NCBI GenBank assembly: GCA_005776475.1
Contig: SXPB01000216.1
Location: 4,543 to 68,542, forward strand
Source: Planctomycetia bacterium
GTDB taxonomy: Bacteria > Planctomycetota > UBA1135 > UBA2386
Length of the DNA stretch: 64,000 bases
Direction: 5' to 3'
Below are positions 28,702-37,828 of the stretch, piece after piece; positions within the stretch are counted from its first letter, which is position 1; every line of letters starts with the position of its first letter. The position numbers were made by a program, and so were the translations under genes. The notes beneath the pieces were generated by a model. The model did no database searches. It worked only from the letters and a program-made list of their open reading frames with translations, and had not been told where the DNA came from.

Positions 28702-28808
28702 CGCATCGCGTCTATCGGCACGCGGCGGACGGGCACGGGAGGGCTTCGGGGACGGACTTTCCCACTTTGTCTCTCCATGTTGCGACAAAATATGCGATAT
28801 TCGTCTCT

Positions 28809-30119
28809 GTGAACAGTGACAATCTGAAGTTCGTCCTACGAGAACTGTCGGAACGTCCTCTGCACAAGGGGCATGCACGCGACCTGTCGATTCCGACCGA
28901 CACCGGCAAAGTGGTCGGACTGTCTGGCGTGCGCCGCTGCGGCAAGACCTTCCTGTTCTTCGAGACCATGCGCCAACTGATGGAGCGCGGCGTGCCGCGC
29001 GAGCGCATCGTCTACCTCAACTTCGAAGACGATCGCCTGCACCCCATCGCGGCCAACGAACTCGACCAGGTGCTGCGCTGCCAACGCGAACTGTTCGCTG
29101 CGGCTCGGACCGGACGCATCTACCTGTTCTTGGACGAAGTGCAAAGCGCGCCCGAATGGCAGCGATGGGTTCGTCGCCTGCACGACACCGAGGACATCTC
29201 GATCTTCGTCACCGGCTCGTCGTCGGACCTGCTGCAGCGCGATCTGTCCGCGGCGATGCGCGGGCGCAGCATCACGCTCGACGTGTTCCCACTCAGCTTC
29301 CGCGAGTTCCTCCGCTTTCGCGGCATCGTGCCGCGCGACCACGACGCCAACAGCGAGAACGAAGTGCGTGCGGCGTTGGCCGAGTTTCTGCGTTGGGGCG
29401 GCTTCCCCGAAGTCGTCGTCGCCGCACCTGAGCTGCGCCCGCTGATCCTGGACGAATACGCGTCGCTGATGCTGTGGCGCGACCTTGTCGAACGGCACGC
29501 GATCCGCAACGAGAACGTGATGCGCGCCCTCTTGCGCCACTGCTTCCGCAACACCGCGTCGTTGCTGAGCCTGAACAAGCTGCATCGCGATCTGGAATCG
29601 ATGGGCGTGAGCGCCGGCAAGAACACTCTGTTCGACTACTGCGCCATGCTGGAAGAAGGTGGCCTCGTCCACTTGCTGCCCGTGCACGATGGTTCGGTTC
29701 GGCGCCAGACGCGCAACCCGCGCAAGCTGCACGTCGTCGATCCGGGATTGGCCACCGCGTTCGCGGCGCGTGCTGAAACCGACCTCGGGCGCCGCCTCGA
29801 AAGCGTCGTGTTCTTGCAATGCCGGCGCCGCAGCCGGGTCTGGCACTACGCACTCGGCGAACACGAGATCGACTTGTGCGACGCCGAGGGCAGCGCGTTC
29901 GTCAACACCTGCTGGAACCTCGTCGATCCGCTCACCATGAATCGCGAAGAAGCGGCGCTGCAGTTCGCGCGCACGACCCTGCCAGCCGCCACCGGCGTGC
30001 TGCTGTGGCAGGAAGCGGTCGTCGACATCGAGCAACGCATTCCCGGCAGTCGCCCGGTGTGGCGCTGGTTGCTGGAGCAACCAGGTTCGAGCCTCGAAGC
30101 AAATCGCGTCGGCTTGTGA
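28809..30119 (+). CDS. AAA_14-type ATPase with DUF4143 C-terminal domain
   Basis: Track ORF 28557..30119 trimmed to GTG 28809 (VNSDNLKFVLREL); there is no in-frame ATG. Walker A GLSGVRRCGKTFL, Walker B RIYLFLDEVQ. The remainder (WGGFPEVV..., LLSLNKLHRDLESMGVSAGKNTLFDY) is typical of the AAA_14+DUF4143 family. Confidence 0.8.
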   Translation: MNSDNLKFVLRELSERPLHKGHARDLSIPTDTGKVVGLSGVRRCGKTFLFFETMRQLMERGVPRERIVYLNFEDDRLHPIAANELDQVLRCQRELFAAARTGRIYLFLDEVQSAPEWQRWVRRLHDTEDISIFVTGSSSDLLQRDLSAAMRGRSITLDVFPLSFREFLRFRGIVPRDHDANSENEVRAALAEFLRWGGFPEVVVAAPELRPLILDEYASLMLWRDLVERHAIRNENVMRALLRHCFRNTASLLSLNKLHRDLESMGVSAGKNTLFDYCAMLEEGGLVHLLPVHDGSVRRQTRNPRKLHVVDPGLATAFAARAETDLGRRLESVVFLQCRRRSRVWHYALGEHEIDLCDAEGSAFVNTCWNLVDPLTMNREEAALQFARTTLPAATGVLLWQEAVVDIEQRIPGSRPVWRWLLEQPGSSLEANRVGL

Positions 30120-30122
30120 CGA

Positions 30123-31355
30123 TCAGGAGCGAACGGCGACCCCGAGCTGCTCGGCGAGCACCGCGAGGAACGCGCCGACGTCGGTGACGATGCCCTGGCT
30201 CTGCGCCGACCCACGATCCGCGAGCTTGCTGACGACGGCCGGGTGGATGTCGACGCACACCGTCAGCACATCGGCGGCGATCATGTTGCCGGTGCCGATC
30301 CCATGCAGCATCGAGCTCAGGATCACCACGAGCCCCGCGCCTTCGAGGATCTTCGCGTAGCCAGACTGCGCCGCGATCAGGTCCATTTCGGTGTCCGGCA
30401 GCGGCCCGTCGTCGCGAATCGAACCGGCGAGGCAGAACGGCACCTTCGCCTGCACGCACGCGTGCATCACGCCGCCCTTCAGCACCTTCTTCTGCACCGC
30501 GGCCTGGATGCTGCCGCAGCGCCGGATCGTGTTGATCGCGCGCATGTGGTGCATGTGCCCGTGCACTGCCGGCCGGCCGTGCGCCAGTTCGACGCCGAGG
30601 CTGGTGCCGAACAGCGCCACTTCGATGTCGTGCACCGCGAGCGCGTTGCCGCTCAGCAGGCCATCGACGAGACCGGCCTTCAGGATCGCCGCGAGCGTCG
30701 GACCGGCACCGACGTGCACCACCACCGGACCTGCCACCAGGATCACCTTGCGGCCTTCGGCGCGCACTCGCTTCCACTCGCGCACGACTTCTTCGACCTG
30801 CGCTTCGAGGCGCCGTTCGGAACTGACCCCGCCTTGCATGAACCCGAACTTGCCTTCCTGCAGCTTGCGGGTCGTGTACGGCGTCACCCGGATGCCGCCG
30901 AAACCGACCACGAGCCGCTGGCCCTTCTTCAGGTCGCGCAACTTCACGCAGCGGAACGCGCCGCCGTCGTCGACCACGGTCGCGTCCATGCGCTGGCTCT
31001 GCACCGCCAGCCACTGGCCGTCGACGCGCACTTCGGTGGCGAGATTCGTCGTCGAGTAGAAGCCCTCCGGCGCGGTGCCTTCGATGTCGACGACGGCGAA
31101 CTGGGCGTCCTGCGTCTCGGTCTCCGAGAGGCCGAGCGACATCAGGTCGGCGCGCACGCGGTCGAACACCTTGTTGGTCGGCGCCGTCACTTCGAGTTCG
31201 AGCTGGCTCTCGTCATTGCGCGCCTTGCCGATCTCGAGCCGGATCACCCGGTAGGTGGCGCCGGCCGCTTGCACGGCTTCGAGCGCATCGGAAAGAAGGC
31301 CCGAATCGATGAGGTGGCCCTTGGCCTGGAACGACGCGACGACGGACTTGCTCAC
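30123..31355 (-). CDS. LOR/SDH bifunctional-enzyme conserved-region family protein (TIGR00300-like; ornithine cyclodeaminase-like)
   Basis: Track ORF 30123..31568 trimmed to GTG 31355 (VSKSVVASFQAKGHLIDSGLLSDALEAV). GGVSSERR, VAGPVVVHVGAG, LLSGNALAVHDIE and GHMHHMRAIN are blocks I recognise from this family. Confidence 0.7.
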   Translation of the reverse strand: MSKSVVASFQAKGHLIDSGLLSDALEAVQAAGATYRVIRLEIGKARNDESQLELEVTAPTNKVFDRVRADLMSLGLSETETQDAQFAVVDIEGTAPEGFYSTTNLATEVRVDGQWLAVQSQRMDATVVDDGGAFRCVKLRDLKKGQRLVVGFGGIRVTPYTTRKLQEGKFGFMQGGVSSERRLEAQVEEVVREWKRVRAEGRKVILVAGPVVVHVGAGPTLAAILKAGLVDGLLSGNALAVHDIEVALFGTSLGVELAHGRPAVHGHMHHMRAINTIRRCGSIQAAVQKKVLKGGVMHACVQAKVPFCLAGSIRDDGPLPDTEMDLIAAQSGYAKILEGAGLVVILSSMLHGIGTGNMIAADVLTVCVDIHPAVVSKLADRGSAQSQGIVTDVGAFLAVLAEQLGVAVRS

Positions 31356-31450
31356 GCGAAGCAAGGTAGCCGGGGCAAGGGCCGACGGGGAAGGTGCAAG
31401 GTGCCGAAGCGAACGCACCGACACTGCCCTCGAAGCAGTCGAGCGGTAGC

Positions 31451-32383
31451 ATGCTGCCGCCACGCGCACCGATGTCACCACTAGCGACCCAACTCGTCTC
31501 TGCCATCGGTCAATGCCTGCGCGGCAAGGACGCGGCCATCGAACTGGCGGTGACGACCCTGCTGGCATCAGGCCATCTGCTGATCGAGGATCGGCCCGGG
31601 GTGGGCAAGACGCTGCTCGCCAAGTGCCTGGCGCGCGCCTTCGCGTTGCCCTTCCAACGGCTGCAGTGCACCGCCGACCTGTTGCCGAGCGACATCACCG
31701 GCGCGCAGATCTGGCAGCCCAAGACCGGCGAGCTGGTGTTCCGGCCAGGCCCCGTGTTCACGTCGGTGTTGCTCGCCGATGAACTCAACCGCACGCCGCC
31801 GCGCACGCAGTCGGCGCTGCTGGAGTGCATGGCCGAACGGCGCGTCACCATCGACCGCACCACGCACGCGCTGCCCGACCCCTTCTTCGTGGTGGCGACG
31901 CAGAACCCGGGCACGGCCGCCGGCACCTACCCGTTGCCCGAAAACCAGCTCGACCGCTTCCTGCTGCGCGTGCAGATCGGCCATCTCGACGCCGAACACG
32001 AAATCGACGTCGTCGCGAGCGAGGACGGCCATCGGCAGGCCGACGAGATGCCGGCGGTGGCGAGCCGCGACGACCTGCTGCGGGCGCGCGCCGCGATCGA
32101 ACAGGTGCGCTGCACGCGCGAGCTGGTGGCGTTCATGGTGCTGTTGGCGAATCGCACGCGCACGGCGACCGACGTGCTGCAGGGCGTGAGCACCCGCGGG
32201 GCGCAAGCACTGCATCGCGCCTGCCGCGCGCGCGCCTTCGTGCACGGCCGTGCCTTCGTCGTGCCCGACGACGTGCGGGCCTTGCTGCTGCCGGCGTGGA
32301 GCCATCGCATCACCCTGCGCACGGGGGACTGTGCCGACGCGGTGCTGCAGCAGATCCTCGCGGAAACCCCGATGCCGGAGTGA
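31451..32383 (+). CDS. MoxR-family AAA+ ATPase
   Basis: Track ORF 31394..32383 trimmed to ATG 31451. Walker A IEDRPGVGKTLLAK, Walker B VLLADELNRTPPRTQSALLE. VVATQNP and GVSTRGAQAL are typical MoxR blocks. Confidence 0.9.
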   Translation: MLPPRAPMSPLATQLVSAIGQCLRGKDAAIELAVTTLLASGHLLIEDRPGVGKTLLAKCLARAFALPFQRLQCTADLLPSDITGAQIWQPKTGELVFRPGPVFTSVLLADELNRTPPRTQSALLECMAERRVTIDRTTHALPDPFFVVATQNPGTAAGTYPLPENQLDRFLLRVQIGHLDAEHEIDVVASEDGHRQADEMPAVASRDDLLRARAAIEQVRCTRELVAFMVLLANRTRTATDVLQGVSTRGAQALHRACRARAFVHGRAFVVPDDVRALLLPAWSHRITLRTGDCADAVLQQILAETPMPE

Positions 32384-32392
32384 TCCACAGGC

Positions 32393-33454
32393 ATGGCCGC
32401 GAACGGGACGCGCCTGGAGTTGACGCTGCGCGGTCGCGTGCTGGCCTGGCTGGCGGCGTTGGCGGCGGGCGCGGCGTGGCTCGGCGGCGACGCCAATGCG
32501 CGACTGGCGGCGGCGCTGCTGGCGACGCCGTTGCTGGTCGATCTGCTGGCCAAACAACGGCACCTCGGCGCGTTGCGCATCCGCGTGGCACCGCGGCGCA
32601 CACCAGCCAGTGCCCCGTTCCTCGAAACGCTCCTCGTCGAACACGCAGGCCCGCGCCCGCTGCGTGAGTTCCTGCTGCACGAACCGCGCACCATGCGCCT
32701 GCAGCACGCGGTGCTGTTGCCGACGTTGCCGGCGGGGCGAACGGTGCACTTCGCCGTGCGCCAGCGCAGCCTGCACCGCGGCGTCGCCAGGGAGCGGGTG
32801 TTCCTGCTCGCATCGCATTGGCCGCTGGGCATGTTCCTGGTGCGCGCAACGGTGCACACCGAGGTCGAGCTGGTCACCGAACCGGCGCGCGTCGCGCTGT
32901 CGGTCGATGCCGAACTGGCGGCGGCGGTCGGGCCGACATTGCCGAGCGATCGCGCGCGGCTGGCGGGAACCGAGTTCCATTCGCTGCGCGAACACGACCT
33001 GAACGAAGACGTGCGCGGCGTGCATGCGTTGCGCAGCGCCGCCCTCGGCGTGATGGTGCGGCGAGTGACCCACGGTTGGTCGCCGCGCGTAGTCGGCATG
33101 GTCGTCGACCTGCGGCAAGCGCCCGGTCGCCTGCTGCCGTCGCGCCGCTTCGAGCATGGCCTCAGCGCCGCCGCGACGTTGCTGCGCTTGCTGCGGCATC
33201 GCGGCATCACCGTGCACGCCCTCGTGCTCGGAACCGGCAACACGCTGGTGCTGGTGCAGAACCCGGCCCGCGAAGGCGAGCTGATGACGTTGCTGGCGGC
33301 GGCCGAACCCGCGGCGTTTCGCGCGGTGACCGCAGCGACGCTGGCGCCGCTGGCCAACCTCGACCACTGCTTCCTGGTGACGACCGGCGGCAACACCAAG
33401 GACGTCGCCGCACTGCGCGGTGGCATTGTCACGGTAGGAGGCGACGACGCGTGA
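32393..33454 (+). CDS. DUF58 domain protein (MoxR-operon partner)
   Basis: Track ORF. The core GTEFHSLREHDLNEDVRGVHALRSAALGVMVRR fits the DUF58 motif G..f...R.Y..GD..R.I.W..SAR. It sits directly after moxR. Confidence 0.8.
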   Translation: MAANGTRLELTLRGRVLAWLAALAAGAAWLGGDANARLAAALLATPLLVDLLAKQRHLGALRIRVAPRRTPASAPFLETLLVEHAGPRPLREFLLHEPRTMRLQHAVLLPTLPAGRTVHFAVRQRSLHRGVARERVFLLASHWPLGMFLVRATVHTEVELVTEPARVALSVDAELAAAVGPTLPSDRARLAGTEFHSLREHDLNEDVRGVHALRSAALGVMVRRVTHGWSPRVVGMVVDLRQAPGRLLPSRRFEHGLSAAATLLRLLRHRGITVHALVLGTGNTLVLVQNPAREGELMTLLAAAEPAAFRAVTAATLAPLANLDHCFLVTTGGNTKDVAALRGGIVTVGGDDA

Positions 33455-35481
33455 GCGTTCCCTCGCCGACCGAGCGCCGCGCCGAACGCATTGCGGAAGC
33501 GATGCTCGCTGTCTGTTCGATCCTGGCCCTCATGCATCTGCCGCACCAGGAACTGCCGGCCGGATGGTTGCTGGCGTTCGTGCTGCCGGGTGCCGTGCTC
33601 GGCCGTTGCAGCCGGTTGCGCTTGCGTGGCTGGCATCGGACGATGCTCGCCGTCGTGCTGCAGGTGGCCGCGTGCTGGCTGGCGCTCACGCTGGTCGGAC
33701 CGATGTCGCGCCCAGCGGCGCTGGCCTGCACGATCCTGCCGCCGCTCGGTTTCGCCACCGCCCGCCACCAACCGTCGGACCGCCCGTTGGCGTTGTTCCT
33801 GGGCTTCTGCGTGGTGCTGATCGGCGTGATCCTCGACGGTCCGCAGCTGGGGCTGCTCGCGGCCTGGATCGCGGCCGCGTGCCTCGCGCTGCGCAGCGCC
33901 GACCATCTCGCCGCCCACGCCGACACGCAGGTCATAGCGCAGCAGGTTCCCGCAGCTCGAACCGCATGGAAGAGTGCTGCAGCCCTGGTCGCGGCGACGT
34001 TGTGCTGCGTGTTCGCGCTCGAGTTCGGGTTGTCGTTGCTGCCGTCGCCGAGTCGCGCCAAGACCCCCGGCAGCAGTGCGTCGGGCGCCAACACTGACCG
34101 CGTCAGCGGGGCGCCGCGCGTCGGCCTCGACGACACCTTCACGCTCGACAACTCGAGTGGCGGCCTGGCCGACGACGGCGACGAACTGCTGGTGCGCGCG
34201 ATCGCGCCGGCCAACCGGACCGTTCCGCCCGGCCTCTACCTGCGCACCGGCTTCCACGCCGAAGCGGACCTGGCCGAGTGGCGGCCAGGGCGACTCGACC
34301 TCGTGGAACTGCGCGCCGGCGACTGCGAACTCGCGCCGCGCGTCCGCGCCGAGGTGCAGCAGTTGTCGCTGGAGCGATTTCCGGCCGGTAGTGCCTTCGT
34401 GTTCGTGCCGCCCCACACGAACCGGATCACCGGGCTGCGCAACCTCAACGTCGATGTGCGTCGCGAATGGGTGCGGCAGCACGGGCCGGGCTCGATGCAG
34501 CCGTACGACGTGTCGTTCGCAATGCCGCGGCCGCCAGCCGACGACGCGGTGGCGTTCGCCAGCGCCGAGCTGCTGCAACTGCCCAGGGGTTTCGACCGCT
34601 CCCGTTGGCAGGCGCTGCTCAACGAGTGGCAGGTGCCGGCGGCACCGGTGGCGGCGATGGCGCGCATCGCGACGAAGCTGACCGAACACTGCCGCTACGA
34701 ACGCAGCGAGCCGTCGGGTCCGTTCCCCACAGCGATCGAGAACTTCCTGTTCTCGCCGACACCGCGGCGTGGCTACTGCATGCACTTCGCTTCGGCGGCG
34801 GCGCTGCTGCTGCGAGTGCACGGCATTCCGTGCCGCATCGGCGTCGGGGTGCACAACGGTCGTCGCGATCGGGATCGCGCCGAAGCCCGGTTGTTCAGCG
34901 CCGAGAACGCCCACGCCTGGGTCGAAGTGCCGCTGCAGGGCCACGGCTTCGTGGTGTTCGATCCGACGCCCGCGGCCGAACGTGGGCAACGCAACGGGAC
35001 GCCGCGCGACCCCGACGGCCAACCGCTCGACGTGACCCTGCCGGACGACGATGCAGCCGAGCCGGTGCCGGAGCCGAGCGCCGACCTGCCTGGGGTCGAC
35101 TTCCGGCATGCGATCCTGGCCGCGCTCGCGGCGCTGGCCACCATCCTGTTGTTGCGCAGTCCGCGGCGCGCCTTCGCCCCTTCGCTGCAGGCAGCCGAAT
35201 CCGCGGTTCCCGCGGCGGCGCGCCGGCTGTTGGCGCAGTTGCTGCACGAACTGGCTGCCGCCGGGCACGCGCGTCCGCCCGGGGCGTCGCTCGAGTCGCT
35301 CGCGCGCACCATCGCCGCGCAGAAGAACGTTCCGGCCGCGGCGATCGCGAGTGCCTTCGCCGCCTACCAGGAAGTGCGCTTCGGCGACCTGCCGTTCGAC
35401 GCCGGGCGGGAACGCACTCTCAGCGAGGCAGTGGCCGCCACGCGCACCTGGCGGCTGTCGTCGGCGTCGACGACACCGTGA
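33451..35481 (+). CDS. multi-pass membrane transglutaminase-like protein (TgpA-like)
   Basis: C-terminal 676 codons of track ORF 32818..35481. GTG 33451 overlaps the DUF58 stop (GTGA). N-terminal TM helices are present. Cys-His-Asp core in RRGYCMHFASAAALLLR, ENAHAWVEV, FVVFDPTP. Confidence 0.8.
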   Translation: MSVPSPTERRAERIAEAMLAVCSILALMHLPHQELPAGWLLAFVLPGAVLGRCSRLRLRGWHRTMLAVVLQVAACWLALTLVGPMSRPAALACTILPPLGFATARHQPSDRPLALFLGFCVVLIGVILDGPQLGLLAAWIAAACLALRSADHLAAHADTQVIAQQVPAARTAWKSAAALVAATLCCVFALEFGLSLLPSPSRAKTPGSSASGANTDRVSGAPRVGLDDTFTLDNSSGGLADDGDELLVRAIAPANRTVPPGLYLRTGFHAEADLAEWRPGRLDLVELRAGDCELAPRVRAEVQQLSLERFPAGSAFVFVPPHTNRITGLRNLNVDVRREWVRQHGPGSMQPYDVSFAMPRPPADDAVAFASAELLQLPRGFDRSRWQALLNEWQVPAAPVAAMARIATKLTEHCRYERSEPSGPFPTAIENFLFSPTPRRGYCMHFASAAALLLRVHGIPCRIGVGVHNGRRDRDRAEARLFSAENAHAWVEVPLQGHGFVVFDPTPAAERGQRNGTPRDPDGQPLDVTLPDDDAAEPVPEPSADLPGVDFRHAILAALAALATILLLRSPRRAFAPSLQAAESAVPAAARRLLAQLLHELAAAGHARPPGASLESLARTIAAQKNVPAAAIASAFAAYQEVRFGDLPFDAGRERTLSEAVAATRTWRLSSASTTP

Positions 35482-35487
35482 CCGCGG

Positions 35488-36534
35488 TCAGGACAACGCC
35501 GGCCAGACGCAGTCCACTTCCAGTTCGTCCCCGTCGCACTTCGCCAGCAAGGCGCCGCCAAGGCGGCTCTGCACCAGCGCGGCGGTGACGAGGCCCGAAG
35601 CTGCTGCCGAACGGTCGAGCAACGAAGTCATGCCGGGCGCCACGCGCACCAGGTCGACGAACTCGCGTGCCCCTTCGCGCGGCACGCCGCTGGCCAGCAC
35701 GCGCACGCGCGCGCACGGCCGCAGTCGCCCACCACCGATCGCGACGGATGCCGGCGCCAGGTTGACCGTGATTCGCTGTGGCCCGAGCTCGATCAACGCC
35801 ATCAACGTGTGCCACAGCGCCTGCACGGCTTCGGCGACGACCGTGCGCACGACGGGCGCGTCGGCTGCGGTTTCGAGCACGAGGCGGATGCCGCGATGCG
35901 CCGCGGCCTTGGTGGTCACCGCCAACGCTTCGTCGACGATGTTGGCGGCGGGCACGGTGGCGCGCTCGCCCAGCCCACGCGCCAGCAAGCGTGCCAGCGT
36001 GCGCGCGAGCTGCGCCCCTTGCTGCGTCGCGGCGCCGAGTTCCTTCGCTGCCTGCCGATGCAGCGGATCGGTCAGGTGCGGTTCGGCATAGGCCGCGAGC
36101 CCAAGGCTGGAGTTCAGCAGGTTGTTGAAATCGTGCACGAGCGTGGCCGCCAAGGCCGCCAACGTGCGCAGGCGAACGAGCTCCGTCGCGGCACTCGCGG
36201 CCCGATGCTCGGCGGTCGCATCCATGACCCACAGCCAACGCTGGCCGGCGTGTTCGACCAGACGCAGTGCGAAGCAACGACCTTCGGTTTCACAGTCGAC
36301 TGGCTGCATTCGCTCGAGATCCGCAATCGCCGTCGGGAGCAGGCCAATGCCGGCCAACGAAGCGGGTCGCGTTCCCGCGGTCGCCCGGGCGATGAATGCC
36401 GCCATCGCCTTCGTCGTTGCCACGATCGCGCCATTGCCGTCGATGCAGCCGACGGCCAGGCCGAGTTCGTCGAACAATCCGGGGGGCGGCGAGGTCACGG
36501 CGAGTTTGTAGCGGAACGGACGTTCCCGGCCCAC
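35488..36534 (-). CDS. PAS-like / HisKA protein with degenerate HATPase_c domain (pseudo-histidine-kinase)
   Basis: Track ORF 35488..36642 trimmed to GTG 36534 (7 nt after the retropepsin stop; GTG 36498 is an alternative). H-box ATLVHDFNNLLNS. I could not find the N-box Asn, DxGxG or GxGxG in the C-terminal half. Confidence 0.55.
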   Translation of the reverse strand: MGRERPFRYKLAVTSPPPGLFDELGLAVGCIDGNGAIVATTKAMAAFIARATAGTRPASLAGIGLLPTAIADLERMQPVDCETEGRCFALRLVEHAGQRWLWVMDATAEHRAASAATELVRLRTLAALAATLVHDFNNLLNSSLGLAAYAEPHLTDPLHRQAAKELGAATQQGAQLARTLARLLARGLGERATVPAANIVDEALAVTTKAAAHRGIRLVLETAADAPVVRTVVAEAVQALWHTLMALIELGPQRITVNLAPASVAIGGGRLRPCARVRVLASGVPREGAREFVDLVRVAPGMTSLLDRSAAASGLVTAALVQSRLGGALLAKCDGDELEVDCVWPALS

Positions 36535-36541
36535 GGCTCGT

Positions 36542-37828
36542 TCACGACCGGACCTGCAGGCGCAGCCGACCGCGATCCAGGGTGCCCCGGCAACGTCCCA
36601 GCAGATCGATGCCGAACACGCCGTGCACGGGGAACACGGCACTGCCGCCGCGCGCGACCACCGGCAACGTCACCCCGACGAATCGCGCCATCGAACACCG
36701 CAGCGAGAGGTCCTGCACCTCGCGCACCGACACCAGTGCACCGCCCACCGTGCGCACGCGCCGGAAGGCCGGCACGGCGCGCGCTTCGCCGCCGGCAAGG
36801 CGCAGCAGGCCGGCTTCGGTCAGCGACGAGTGGCTGGCGCCGGTGTCGAGCACGAACCACATGCGCACGTCGTCGACGAACACCGGCACGAGGCACCGGC
36901 CATCGACGCGCAGGCACTGGACCGACTCGTCGGCAGGCAGACCGCGCGGCACTTCGAGCACGACACTGCCGCGTTCGGGGTCGATCGACAGTCGGCACGC
37001 AGCCAGCAGATCGAGTCCGAGCACGCCGCGGGGAACGCGTTCGGGCCCGCCGTGCAGATCGCGCAACTGCATCGCCGCGTCGTCGATCACGAGCACGGGA
37101 ACGGCACCGAATTCGATGCCGCCCAACGCGAACGCTGGCAACACGCCGATTTCGATCGGCAGGGTGCGCCCGGCGCCATCCAACGCCGAGCCGGCCGGCC
37201 GGCGATCCTGCACCGCCAGTTCGTCGGCGAACGAACGCGACAGCGTCGTCATCGAGGTGCCGGTGTCGATCGCGAACGGGCGCGACAACGACCCCGCGGC
37301 GCACACGAACTCGGGCATCGCCCCCGGCAGCAGCGGCTGCTCGACCAGCACCGGCCCGGTCGCCGTGCGCTGGAACGGCAACAGCGCAGCGAGCTCCGCG
37401 AAGGCTCGTCGCCGCTCGGCGTCTGCGGCGGCAGCACCGGCGCGCAGCGGCTCGACACTCTCGACATACCGCCCAGCCTGGAACAGCAGGTCGCCGAGGC
37501 GACCCTGGCAACGGGCGATCTCGGCGTCGTTGCCGGCGGTGCGCACCGCGCTTCGCAGCACCGCGATCGCCTCGTCGTCGCGCCACGCCATCTCCATCAG
37601 CAGCGCCCCCCACTGCGCCGCCGCCGCATGCCGCGGCGCCCGCGCCCGCACGGCAGCGACGCGTTCGCCGGCCTCTTCCCAGCGACCTTCGCGCAGGGCG
37701 CGAGCGGCGAGTTCGAGTTCGAGCCCGTCGTCGGGCTGCTCGCCAGCTCCCGTGCATGCGGTCAAGCCCAGGAGCCACGCCGCCAGGACGGCCCGACCAC
37801 CACCGCGGCGTTGCGCCGGCGCGGCCAT
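36542..37828 (-). CDS. lipoprotein with TPR-like N-terminus and two retropepsin-like aspartic protease lobes
   Basis: C-terminal 428 codons of track ORF 36542..39205. ATG 37828 gives MAAPAQRRGGGRAVLAAWLLGLTACTG (lipobox LTAC). Two Asp-Thr-Gly sites: RPFAIDTGTSMTTLS and MWFVLDTGASHSSLT. Confidence 0.75.
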   Translation of the reverse strand: MAAPAQRRGGGRAVLAAWLLGLTACTGAGEQPDDGLELELAARALREGRWEEAGERVAAVRARAPRHAAAAQWGALLMEMAWRDDEAIAVLRSAVRTAGNDAEIARCQGRLGDLLFQAGRYVESVEPLRAGAAAADAERRRAFAELAALLPFQRTATGPVLVEQPLLPGAMPEFVCAAGSLSRPFAIDTGTSMTTLSRSFADELAVQDRRPAGSALDGAGRTLPIEIGVLPAFALGGIEFGAVPVLVIDDAAMQLRDLHGGPERVPRGVLGLDLLAACRLSIDPERGSVVLEVPRGLPADESVQCLRVDGRCLVPVFVDDVRMWFVLDTGASHSSLTEAGLLRLAGGEARAVPAFRRVRTVGGALVSVREVQDLSLRCSMARFVGVTLPVVARGGSAVFPVHGVFGIDLLGRCRGTLDRGRLRLQVRS

